DNA of 50,395 bases from a virus (taxonomy: Duplodnaviria; Caudoviricetes): positions 1 to 50,395 of the IMG/VR virus record IMGVR_UViG_3300030107_000806, one strand, 5' to 3'. The notes below the pieces were generated by a model. The model saw nothing but the letters and a program-made list of their open reading frames with translations, was not told where the DNA came from and did no database searches. The position numbers and the translations under genes are program-made. Within the stretch, counting starts at the first letter, position 1, and the number at the start of each line of letters is the position of its first letter. Positions 20,454 to 28,232 of this stretch are shown in pieces.

Positions 20454-22119
20454 TTTTATATTCTCCTGTTAGTGAACAACGAAGACCTAACTGGTCTCCT
20501 GCATCCACGATTGATTGTACTGCAAGTTTACCTAAACTTTCAGCGTGTTCTTCTTTAACTTGATATTGAAACTCATCATGTACATTTGCTACAGGTATAG
20601 CAACAATACTTTTTTCTTGTATATATTTTTCTAATAAGACAAGAGCTTTCTTCATAGCAATAGCTCCACCACCTTGTATTAAAGTGTTAAGGGCGGAATG
20701 CCTTTGTCTGATGATGAGCTTTCTTTGGTCGAGTCCTTTGAGGAAACCCTTTCGAGTAGCAATGTCCACTCTTTCTCGTAATCTTGCAAGACTTGGGAGA
20801 CGCTTAAGAAATCTTTCTTTAATCTGTCTTCCATAACCTTCAGACCTTCCGCAGATAGCTCCGAGTTTTTTGTTACCTGCCCCATAAATGAACGCATAGA
20901 TAAATGTCTTTGCAATATCTCTGCTTTCCAACCCTGCAAGAGTTTGATTTGTAGTGTGTATATCTCCATTAATGACTTCATTTATATATTCCTTATCATT
21001 CATATAGTGGGATAATATTCTTAACTCAAGTCCACTTGCGTCAATCCCCACTAACTTATATCCGTTTGGTACTACCCATAGTTCCCTGCATTCCTTACCA
21101 TAAGGAGAGTACACGGCAGGGATTTGAGCCATATTGGGCGACTGGTGGCTCATGCGTGATGTTATAGCCCCATTGGTTATAACTTTTCCATGCACTCTCC
21201 CATCTTCTTTTACTGCGTCAATCCATGACTCTATCATAGCCACTCGTTTTTGTAGTAAAAGAAACTCGTTAATCAATTCAGCTTCTGGTATATCTTTTAT
21301 CTCTGATAAAACTTTTTCATCTACAATTACATGACCCTTATCTGTTTTCTTTTTAGGTTTCCATCCTAGATTAATTAATCGTTGTCCTATCTGTTGTCTT
21401 GAACCAAGATTAAATTCTTGATACTTAACTTTAATAAAAGGTACACCCTTGACATATCCTCTAGCTTTATTGTTTGACTTTGGTATAAAAGTTTCTTCAA
21501 TCTTTAAAGGTTTAAATGTTTCTCTAACCTTTGTCTGTACTTCATCTATCTTTTGTTGTAGTCTAGCAAGAAGAAGATGTGCTTTCTCTATATCAATTTT
21601 AAATCCATAAGAAATTTGTCGTTCAATAATTGTTGCAACCTCATGCTCTAAATCAATTGACTCTTTAGAAAAATTTGCACTCTGTCTCTTTAATAAAGTA
21701 TAAACTTGTATTAATAATTTAACATCACGAATACAATACCTTAACATTTCTTGACTGAACTTTGTAAAGTCATCGAAGTCAAACTTCTTGTATCCAAACT
21801 TTAAACCAAATGCTTTTAAACTATGTCCTCCTTCTCTTACTGGATTAAATAATCTTGATAGAACTAATGTATCAATTACTTTACCAAGTTTAAATAAGTC
21901 AACGCCAAGTACATTCTTAATAACTGGTGCGTCAAAACCTATTATGTTGTGTCCAATAAACTCCGAATAATTACTCGCAACATCCTTAAATTTATGAATA
22001 TCATCCTCAGTATAATGTACAGTATTGCCCTTATCACAAATAGTGACCAAGCAAAAAATCTTATTAGGTAATGAACCTTTGAATAGTGGGGTCTCAATGT
22101 CGAGAAATAATTTAGCCAT
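20425..22119 (-). CDS. polA: DNA polymerase family A (T7-like, Tyr762 type)
   Basis: Exo motifs LDIET, GHNIIGFD, YCIRDV; pol motifs DASGLELR, RDIAKTFIYAFIYG, NVHDE. Confidence 0.96.
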   Translation of the reverse strand: MAKLFLDIETPLFKGSLPNKIFCLVTICDKGNTVHYTEDDIHKFKDVASNYSEFIGHNIIGFDAPVIKNVLGVDLFKLGKVIDTLVLSRLFNPVREGGHSLKAFGLKFGYKKFDFDDFTKFSQEMLRYCIRDVKLLIQVYTLLKRQSANFSKESIDLEHEVATIIERQISYGFKIDIEKAHLLLARLQQKIDEVQTKVRETFKPLKIEETFIPKSNNKARGYVKGVPFIKVKYQEFNLGSRQQIGQRLINLGWKPKKKTDKGHVIVDEKVLSEIKDIPEAELINEFLLLQKRVAMIESWIDAVKEDGRVHGKVITNGAITSRMSHQSPNMAQIPAVYSPYGKECRELWVVPNGYKLVGIDASGLELRILSHYMNDKEYINEVINGDIHTTNQTLAGLESRDIAKTFIYAFIYGAGNKKLGAICGRSEGYGRQIKERFLKRLPSLARLRERVDIATRKGFLKGLDQRKLIIRQRHSALNTLIQGGGAIAMKKALVLLEKYIQEKSIVAIPVANVHDEFQYQVKEEHAESLGKLAVQSIVDAGDQLGLRCSLTGEYKIGNNWKETH

Positions 22120-22128
22120 TGTTTACTC

Positions 22129-23805
22129 CTAAAATTTATCGTCTGCATCATCGTTATCCGTAGGTTTTTCTGTTTCGTGTAGTCTTCCTGTGTCCTTATC
22201 ATAATATAAATAAGTTGCAGGTCCAGTCATTCCTACAAATCTATTCTTTAATACTCTTAGTGATGTCGTATTACGAATAACCTCATTGTCATTCTGTGCG
22301 TCTCTCTCTAATCCAAGCACCATATCAGATAGTTGAGCAATAGAACCACTACCTCTTAGTTGAGATAGGGATGTGACTGCTCCCTCTTCATGTCCTTTTC
22401 CATCCGGTCTTTTAAGATGTGATACAATAATCAAAGCACAATCTGTTTCTTGTACAAGTGTACGAAGCTTTGTCATAATTTCATCGAGTCCTTTTCTTTC
22501 ATCACCAAACTCTTGGGATGATACAACCATACTGATATGGTCAAGTACAATGAACTTACATTCTAAAGCTTTCGCCATGTATCTAACTCTCGATACAATA
22601 TTATCTACAGAATTAGAACCGAAATGATTATAGAAATAAAATCTACCAGAGCCAATAGTCTTGTTAAAATATTCTATCTTATCATCTTTACTTAATGATA
22701 TGTCTGGTCTTCTAAGTGGTAGGTTTGCTTCAACACCCATGATGTCAAGTGCTGTTATCTTTGGGCTTTCCTCAAGCATAATCATACCTATGTTTTGTTC
22801 AGTAGTTTTATAGATATGATAAACTAATTCTTTAATGACTGATGTCTTACCTAATCCAGTACCTGCTGTGATAGTCACTAACTCTCCACTACGAATACCA
22901 TAGGTTAATTCATCTAAACCTTTCCAACCATAGTCTGTTCGTGATTTAACTACAGGTTCTAATACCTCATCAAGTAATGATGAACCTTTTATAATTCCGT
23001 CTGGTGCATGGACAGGTGCATTCCACCAACACTTCATATACTCTTCATACTTTCTAGCACGAAGCATATCATTTGCGTCTTTGAAATTTTCTGGTAGCTT
23101 AACTATCTTTGCTTTTGCAGGGGCAAATAATTCTGCAACCTTTTTACTTTTCTCTCTACCTATCTCATCATTATCAAAGTTAATAACTATATTCTCAAAC
23201 TTATCAAGCCATGTATAACTTTTCTTAATGTCTTTAATAGCAGAAGCAACACCATTCTTAATACTAACAACAGGATATTTTGAACCGAGTAATTGATACA
23301 CACTCATAGCGTCAATCTCTCCTTCAGTTATGGTCACATACTTACCTCCATTGAATAGATGTTGTCCAAACAATCCAGCATTACTTGTTGAACCATTGAC
23401 AGAAAATTGTTTATCTTTTACAAACCTATTCTTATACCCTATGATAGTACCTTGCTCATCATAGTATGGATAGATATGTTTTGATATTAAACCTTGACCA
23501 TTATAAGAAACTTTAACTCCATATTTCTTAACAGTCTCTTCATTTATTCCTCTATCTTTTATAGCATGGAAACCACCTGCTACATTAGAAGAATAACTAC
23601 TTAAAATATTACTTGGTAATTCTTTTACTAACTCCATATTGTCGCCCTTCTCTTTAATTAATTGTATGTCCTCGCTGTCTGGTGGGAAGTAGTTCTCACA
23701 AGCAAAGCAATAACTACTACCATCTTCGTTAATACTTCTTGCGTCACTACTTCCGCACTTATCACAAGGTACATGGTATTCTACAAAATTTGATTTGTCT
23801 TCCAT
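22129..23805 (-). CDS. Primase-helicase (T7 gp4-like)
   Basis: Zn finger CDKC...CFAC, TOPRIM EGEIDA/FDND, Walker A AGTGLGKT, LDHI, VSHL, LRGSGSIAQLSD, KNRF; acidic tail ending in Phe. Confidence 0.96.
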   Translation of the reverse strand: MEDKSNFVEYHVPCDKCGSSDARSINEDGSSYCFACENYFPPDSEDIQLIKEKGDNMELVKELPSNILSSYSSNVAGGFHAIKDRGINEETVKKYGVKVSYNGQGLISKHIYPYYDEQGTIIGYKNRFVKDKQFSVNGSTSNAGLFGQHLFNGGKYVTITEGEIDAMSVYQLLGSKYPVVSIKNGVASAIKDIKKSYTWLDKFENIVINFDNDEIGREKSKKVAELFAPAKAKIVKLPENFKDANDMLRARKYEEYMKCWWNAPVHAPDGIIKGSSLLDEVLEPVVKSRTDYGWKGLDELTYGIRSGELVTITAGTGLGKTSVIKELVYHIYKTTEQNIGMIMLEESPKITALDIMGVEANLPLRRPDISLSKDDKIEYFNKTIGSGRFYFYNHFGSNSVDNIVSRVRYMAKALECKFIVLDHISMVVSSQEFGDERKGLDEIMTKLRTLVQETDCALIIVSHLKRPDGKGHEEGAVTSLSQLRGSGSIAQLSDMVLGLERDAQNDNEVIRNTTSLRVLKNRFVGMTGPATYLYYDKDTGRLHETEKPTDNDDADDKF

Positions 23806-23824
23806 GTGTCGCCCTCTCTATATA

Positions 23825-24256
23825 TTAAAAGTCTTCTCCGTTTTCTTTGTCAGAGGTAAAGCCCTCTGCTACATCAAAGTCCTCGCCATAAGGCACGAGG
23901 TCTAAGACTTGTACTGCTTGTAGGTCTAAGCTTTTACCACTCTTACCTGCAAAGTTCCACTCAAATTCTTTGTAAAGAACTTTGATTTGTGAACCATTAC
24001 CTACCAATACATCAATAGGATTTTTCTTTGCGTCAACAAGTCTTGGCACAGGATTTTTTGTACCATCATTTCTTTCGACTTTTCTTTTAAGCTTAATGAT
24101 ATTACCTCTATCATCAGTCTTAACTGTTATCCCTCTGCTTTTAAATTCATCAGCAGTCTTATCATCAATGGCTAAATCCACTTGATAAACTGGGTCGAAT
24201 GTTGTATTGGGTCTAGTAATAGCACACCAATATGCTTTTCCTTCTACTGTTGGCAT
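23825..24256 (-). CDS. ssb: Single-stranded DNA-binding protein (T7 gp2.5-like)
   Basis: GKAYW, VGNGS, LQAVQVLDLVPY, acidic C-terminus ending in Phe; AAGGAGG RBS. Confidence 0.85.
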   Translation of the reverse strand: MPTVEGKAYWCAITRPNTTFDPVYQVDLAIDDKTADEFKSRGITVKTDDRGNIIKLKRKVERNDGTKNPVPRLVDAKKNPIDVLVGNGSQIKVLYKEFEWNFAGKSGKSLDLQAVQVLDLVPYGEDFDVAEGFTSDKENGEDF

Positions 24257-24292
24257 AATGCCCTCCTTTATTTAATCTATTTAATTACCTAT

Positions 24293-24321
24293 ATTATATC
24301 ATACTTCTTGCTTCAAGTCAA
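24293..24321 (-). promoter_or_regulatory. sigma70 promoter for the ssb-primase-pol-RNR operon
   Basis: TTGACT-17-TATAAT with extended -10 (TGa). Confidence 0.85.
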
Positions 24322-24338
24322 GAAGAAAGTTTATTTTA

Positions 24339-25020
24339 TTTGGGCGGTGGTTTCGCTGACAACCATATAACCACGCATTAAGTTAATTAAACTAGTATTG
24401 CGAGTCAACACCCAAAATTCTTAAACTTTCGTAAGGAGTGTGACAGGATTATCTTTTCTTCACAATCATTCTACTCGTCAGTAGACCCTTCTCCTTACGG
24501 AAATTTAAGTGGGTAGTTTTACGCAACGCATGTGTTCAGATGGCACTACCCAAACCTTTTGTTTAGTCAGTCTGGATTTTGGTTATGCCACTATGCTTTT
24601 TAAGATAACTTTTATGTGCGTTCTTTTTCAAACTTTTTATTGTGTTACCCCATAGCAGTAGAACTTAATCTTTCCCAAGCACCTACGCACTAAACAATCT
24701 ATTAACTTGGGTGTGTTTTATACTCACGATGTTAATTCACCGAGACTGGAACTTAATTACTGACCCATATCCAGTAGTGTCATTTAAGACTTTTCATTAG
24801 TAGTCAACCAAGTTAATTCTTTTTCGGATTTCTACGGAGGACTTATGGATTTACCTCCAACCTTTCACGAGCTATCCACCTATGAGATAACGCTACTCAG
24901 TACATACCTTCAACCCCTCATGCATTTGCACATCAAGATTAAAACCACTACCTTACAACTAGCTTACTGTTGTTCAGTCAGTAGAAACATATGTCTTGCA
25001 AAAACATATGTCCGAAACCT
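24339..25020 (-). ncRNA. Large structured non-coding RNA (or cluster of structured RNAs); 5' domain recalls the manA motif
   Basis: No credible ORF on -; many nested helices; most imperfect pairs checked are G-U on the - strand; upstream consensus promoter. Confidence 0.7.
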
Positions 25021-25073
25021 TTATTATATTATTAATTATATTATTAATATTATAATTAATATTATAATAATAA
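25020..25073. other. Pure A/T tract with 12-bp periodicity (possible unwinding element)
   Basis: 54 nt without G or C; TTAA at 25032, 25044, 25056. Confidence 0.55.
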
Positions 25074-25120
25074 CTATTAATAACTTTAACATAGTTATTT
25101 ATTTTATATATAATAGATAT

Positions 25121-25149
25121 ATTATATCATAGTTTGTTTCCAAAGTCAA
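25121..25149 (-). promoter_or_regulatory. sigma70 promoter driving the non-coding region
   Basis: TTGACT-17-TATAAT with TATGA before the -10, same layout as the ssb promoter. Confidence 0.85.
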
Positions 25150-25168
25150 TAACTATTTTAATTTTTTT

Positions 25169-25567
25169 TTATACCTGCGACACTTGGTCGCTATAAAACT
25201 CCTTGTTAAACATTTCTTTTATAGGAATAAGCACACATTTACTTGCCTTATTATCGCCTACATTCTTTGTCAACTTATCTTTATACTTATCCACAATTTT
25301 CTTTAGTGTTGATGTTTTAAATACAAGTGTACAAAATTCTTCCTTATCTTCTTCCAATCTATGAAACCAATAGTCAGATTTAGTAGCATAAATACCACTA
25401 GGTTTCCCTCTATATTCATACTCAATGGCTATGTTTCCAGTCTTCTTCCACCAATTTCTCTCTGACTTAACTTCAATGGTGCAGTTATTAAACATATCTT
25501 TTACTTTCTGTTCTTTAATCTGACCATACTTTAAATCAATATCAAAGTCTTTAAATCCCTTCTTCAT
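25169..25567 (-). CDS. Marine-phage protein with probable PD-(D/E)XK-like fold
   Basis: FDIDL..G...E...IEVKSE...TGNIAIEY...GKPSGI motif. Confidence 0.7.
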   Translation of the reverse strand: MKKGFKDFDIDLKYGQIKEQKVKDMFNNCTIEVKSERNWWKKTGNIAIEYEYRGKPSGIYATKSDYWFHRLEEDKEEFCTLVFKTSTLKKIVDKYKDKLTKNVGDNKASKCVLIPIKEMFNKEFYSDQVSQV

Positions 25568-25683
25568 TATTTACCTCTTCTAATTTTAAGTTTAAGTCTA
25601 ATGCGTCTGCGATTGCGTCTCTTACGAGAACCTATCTTGCGTCTGCCCTTATGCTTTTTTCTTTTTAAGTTTGCTCTACTCAT
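25567..25683 (-). CDS. 38-aa extremely basic peptide (not in ORF track)
   Basis: MSRANLKRKKHKGRRKIGSRKRRNRRRIRLKLKIRRGK; ATGA and TAATG coupling to both neighbours. Confidence 0.75.
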   Translation of the reverse strand: MSRANLKRKKHKGRRKIGSRKRRNRRRIRLKLKIRRGK

Positions 25684-25835
25684 TTCTTTTTATCATCTGT
25701 AGCTAACAACCATTCTTTCTCTGCTCTACTCAATCTATTCTCAATGTCTGCTTGTTGTTGTTCTTTATATAATTGTATAGCTTCATTTAATAGTTTAGCA
25801 ATCTTTGTTAATTGCTGTAAAATTTTTTCTTCCAT
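25680..25835 (-). CDS. 51-aa hypothetical protein (not in ORF track)
   Basis: GAGGAG RBS; MEEKILQQLTKIAKLL... Confidence 0.7.
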   Translation of the reverse strand: MEEKILQQLTKIAKLLNEAIQLYKEQQQADIENRLSRAEKEWLLATDDKKK

Positions 25836-25845
25836 ATAATACTCC

Positions 25846-26085
25846 TCATATTGTCATTAGTATTCCGGTTAAGAATATAGCAAAGGCAACTGAATTAATA
25901 AATATCAATGCTCTATCATGCCATAAATAACCTACTACTAACCAACCAAATACACCTACCATGTGAAAGTATAAATTGATTGGTGTTATTTCTACTGCTG
26001 TTAATACCATACCAACAAGCAATATAAAACTACTGCACCATTTAATATACCAACTTAAATCATGTGTAGGTGTAATCTTTTTCAT
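25846..26085 (-). CDS. Small multi-TM membrane protein (DUF6552-like)
   Basis: WYIKW...GWLVVGYLWHDRALIFIN pattern. Confidence 0.75.
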   Translation of the reverse strand: MKKITPTHDLSWYIKWCSSFILLVGMVLTAVEITPINLYFHMVGVFGWLVVGYLWHDRALIFINSVAFAIFLTGILMTI

Positions 26086-26111
26086 AACATACTCTTTCTA
26101 TTATAACATAT

Positions 26112-26387
26112 TTATTCTGTTTTGTCAAGCAATTCTCTAGCAGAATAAGTATCAGTTAATATACTATCTAACTTTTCTCTTAAAGTATCTCTATTGTATC
26201 TACCTGCACCAACCATTATACATTTAGAATAACTTCTAATCAAATGAATTAAATCCATATCTAATATATTTATATACTCATCTTTAGATGTTGAGTAGTG
26301 GTCTGCTATATCATCATTATGCATATCACTAGGTGTTGCTCTCTTAGTAATAACTTGTTGTAGTTCTAATAGTTCTCTTACTTTCAT
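26112..26387 (-). CDS. Hypothetical protein
   Basis: 91-aa ORF, AGGA RBS. Confidence 0.7.
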   Translation of the reverse strand: MKVRELLELQQVITKRATPSDMHNDDIADHYSTSKDEYINILDMDLIHLIRSYSKCIMVGAGRYNRDTLREKLDSILTDTYSARELLDKTE

Positions 26388-26388
26388 T

Positions 26389-26580
26389 TTACTTTCCTTT
26401 CTTTACATACTCAGATACAATCTGCTCATCAGAATAACTATCTAAATATTTATCTGTATCTACATCTAAGATACTGTCGTCTTCTACTGGCACAAGAATT
26501 TCTTCGCCTTCCCAACCAATAGTAATCCAATAGTCTATATTGTTTTTCTTTTTCTTTTTAAATGTATTAAACTTTATCAT
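26389..26580 (-). CDS. Hypothetical protein
   Basis: 63-aa ORF, GGGAG RBS, coupled. Confidence 0.65.
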   Translation of the reverse strand: MIKFNTFKKKKKNNIDYWITIGWEGEEILVPVEDDSILDVDTDKYLDSYSDEQIVSEYVKKGK

Positions 26581-26876
26581 TTACTCCCCCTTAGTTGTTG
26601 TAGTATTTCTTTCATCAGTTTTGTTTTCCTTATACCTTTCCATAATTTATTATGAAACTTATAAGTCTTTTTATTTATGATACATTTTGCTGTATCTAAA
26701 TTCCAATTCTTTAAGTAAGCATACCTCATCTTTTCATTACTTAAATATAATCCTTTTCTAATTGCATTCAATTTTATTTTCTTATACTCCCCATCAATAT
26801 GATAGACACAATGAAAATATTTTTTGGATGACTTAACAAACCAAAGGTAAGTTCCACAATCAATTAGTTTCCACAT
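26577..26876 (-). CDS. Hypothetical basic protein
   Basis: 99-aa ORF, AAGGA RBS. Confidence 0.65.
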   Translation of the reverse strand: MWKLIDCGTYLWFVKSSKKYFHCVYHIDGEYKKIKLNAIRKGLYLSNEKMRYAYLKNWNLDTAKCIINKKTYKFHNKLWKGIRKTKLMKEILQQLRGSK

Positions 26877-27068
26877 TTATTTTTTCCTTTCATAATATTC
26901 TAATGCTTTATTAAAGTCTTCATCATAATCTTTTATAACATCTTTAACTCTAGCAGTAATAAAATCTAATCTCTGTTGTGGTAAATGATAATTTTTTTTA
27001 TTTCCCATTTCATCATTACTCTTAACAATCACTCGTAGTCTATCAATATATTTATCTGCATTTAACAT
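26877..27068 (-). CDS. Hypothetical protein
   Basis: 63-aa ORF, GAGGAG RBS. Confidence 0.7.
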   Translation of the reverse strand: MLNADKYIDRLRVIVKSNDEMGNKKNYHLPQQRLDFITARVKDVIKDYDEDFNKALEYYERKK

Positions 27069-27071
27069 TCA

Positions 27072-27215
27072 TTACTCCTCTTTAAATAATTTTTTAACAA
27101 ATTCTATTAACTCTAAAAATTCTTGGTTAGGTGTCAGCTCTGCACTATCCCAATCAACATTAGAATTAATTTCTAAAGCATTAATAATTTCTCGTTCCAT
27201 ATCTTTATTGTTCAT
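27072..27215 (-). CDS. 47-aa acidic hypothetical protein (not in ORF track)
   Basis: AAGGA RBS; MNNKDMEREIINALE... Confidence 0.65.
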   Translation of the reverse strand: MNNKDMEREIINALEINSNVDWDSAELTPNQEFLELIEFVKKLFKEE

Positions 27216-27237
27216 AATAATTATCCTTATATATCAA

Positions 27238-27513
27238 TTAGTTAAAGCGATACACACTACGAGTACCACTCCCCCCAACATACCCAATATCAAATTCTAA
27301 TCTACCAAGTATGCCTTCGTCAGTCGTCACATCAAACTCTGGGTGCATAGGTAAGTCTTCATCATTAAAAAATTCATCAAACTTTTCTTTCAATGCGTCA
27401 ACACCTACATTACCTCGTATGATTTCATAAATTATTTCTTGTTCTTCTTCAGAAAAATATTCGTTGTAAAATTCTGCAACATTTTCTCTCCAATTATATA
27501 ATGCGTCATCCAT
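27238..27513 (-). CDS. Acidic hypothetical early protein
   Basis: 91-aa ORF, GGGAG RBS. Confidence 0.7.
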   Translation of the reverse strand: MDDALYNWRENVAEFYNEYFSEEEQEIIYEIIRGNVGVDALKEKFDEFFNDEDLPMHPEFDVTTDEGILGRLEFDIGYVGGSGTRSVYRFN

Positions 27514-27715
27514 TTTTATGCTCCCTTATTATATCATCAACATGAACACCGCCCATTTCATCAAAGAAACCTGCGTCTGTTCCTCGTACATCCATGAGAA
27601 CGATTGTCTTATACCCTCGCCCTTGTCTTGCACTCTCAATTAACTTTGCTCTTATATCATAACCAAAATTATTTATGATATACCAACTGTCTTTAACTAA
27701 TTCACTTGCTTTCAT
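27506..27715 (-). CDS. Hypothetical early protein
   Basis: 69-aa ORF overlapping its neighbours. Confidence 0.7.
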   Translation of the reverse strand: MKASELVKDSWYIINNFGYDIRAKLIESARQGRGYKTIVLMDVRGTDAGFFDEMGGVHVDDIIREHKNG

Positions 27716-27857
27716 TTTCTTCTCTCCATTTCTCTATGTGTTGCTCGTTTGTTGAATCGTCAATGTAATAAGTGTACCCATTTAAATTAATATAGACAGC
27801 ATTATCATCAACAACATCTATTTTCATATTTCCAATACCTATTTCAGTTCGTTCCAT
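27702..27857 (-). CDS. 51-aa hypothetical protein (not in ORF track)
   Basis: AGGAG RBS; MERTEIGIGNMKIDVVDDNAVYINLNGYTYYIDDST... Confidence 0.7.
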   Translation of the reverse strand: MERTEIGIGNMKIDVVDDNAVYINLNGYTYYIDDSTNEQHIEKWREENESK

Positions 27858-27868
27858 ATTATTTACTC

Positions 27869-28075
27869 CTATCTAAACAAATCATTAACTTGTTCGATTG
27901 CTAAGTTTGTTCTACATTCTTGGTTATAATAATCTGTTATATCTTTTTCAGATACAATATAATCATAACCTCTTATATTTATTTTAGTTCCAACATTCTC
28001 TTTAATGTTTTCTTCTAAAGTTCCCTCGAATATTAACTCTCTAATACTCAAGTCTAAATCACTCATAGCACCCAT
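27869..28075 (-). CDS. Hypothetical early protein
   Basis: Start moved to ATG 28075 (MGAMSDL) behind AGGAG; the track's upstream extension lies in the promoter. Confidence 0.7.
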   Translation of the reverse strand: MGAMSDLDLSIRELIFEGTLEENIKENVGTKINIRGYDYIVSEKDITDYYNQECRTNLAIEQVNDLFR

Positions 28076-28102
28076 AATTTTTTCTCCTGTTAGTTTATAT
28101 AT

Positions 28103-28139
28103 ACTATAACATTGTGTCAACATTATGTCAACACAATGT
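28103..28139 (-). promoter_or_regulatory. sigma70 promoter embedded in an inverted repeat
   Basis: TTGACA-17-TATAGT with extended -10; ACATTGTGT...ACACAATGT palindrome. Confidence 0.75.
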
Positions 28140-28166
28140 TTATAGTATGATTTATTTTTTTTATAG

Positions 28167-28232
28167 TGCAGTCGTTTTACTAAACACTAACCTCACGACT
28201 TTCCCTCGCAGTATTTCTACTGGGTGTTTGGG
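28167..28232 (-). ncRNA. Small two-hairpin structured element with GAAA tetraloop
   Basis: CAGUA-GAAA-UACUG and AGUCGU/ACGACU stems; AAACAC/GUGUUU could form a pseudoknot. Confidence 0.4.

Noticed and set aside
16325-23805. Introns or inteins in nrdA, polA or helicase
   Set aside because: ORFs are continuous and compact; no intein termini or homing endonuclease motifs.
24420-24510. Hammerhead ribozyme (CUGACGA...GAAA on the - strand)
   Set aside because: Core words are present, but I could not build stem I closing next to CUGACGA, and the sequence is better explained by the 19-bp stem and UCUACU/AGUAGA hairpin. Still worth including in a cleavage test.
24330-25020. tRNA, tmRNA or RNase P genes
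   Set aside because: No T-loop GTTCRA with cloverleaf, tag reading frame or RNase P P4 signature found by eye.
25032-25059. CtrA boxes (TTAA-N7-TTAA)
   Set aside because: Spacing is 8, not 7, and TTAA is expected by chance in a pure A/T tract.
24845-25132. 95-aa + strand ORF with GGAGG upstream
   Set aside because: Antisense to the operon, runs into a pure A/T tract (Ile/Asn run), and the GGAGG is one arm of an RNA stem.
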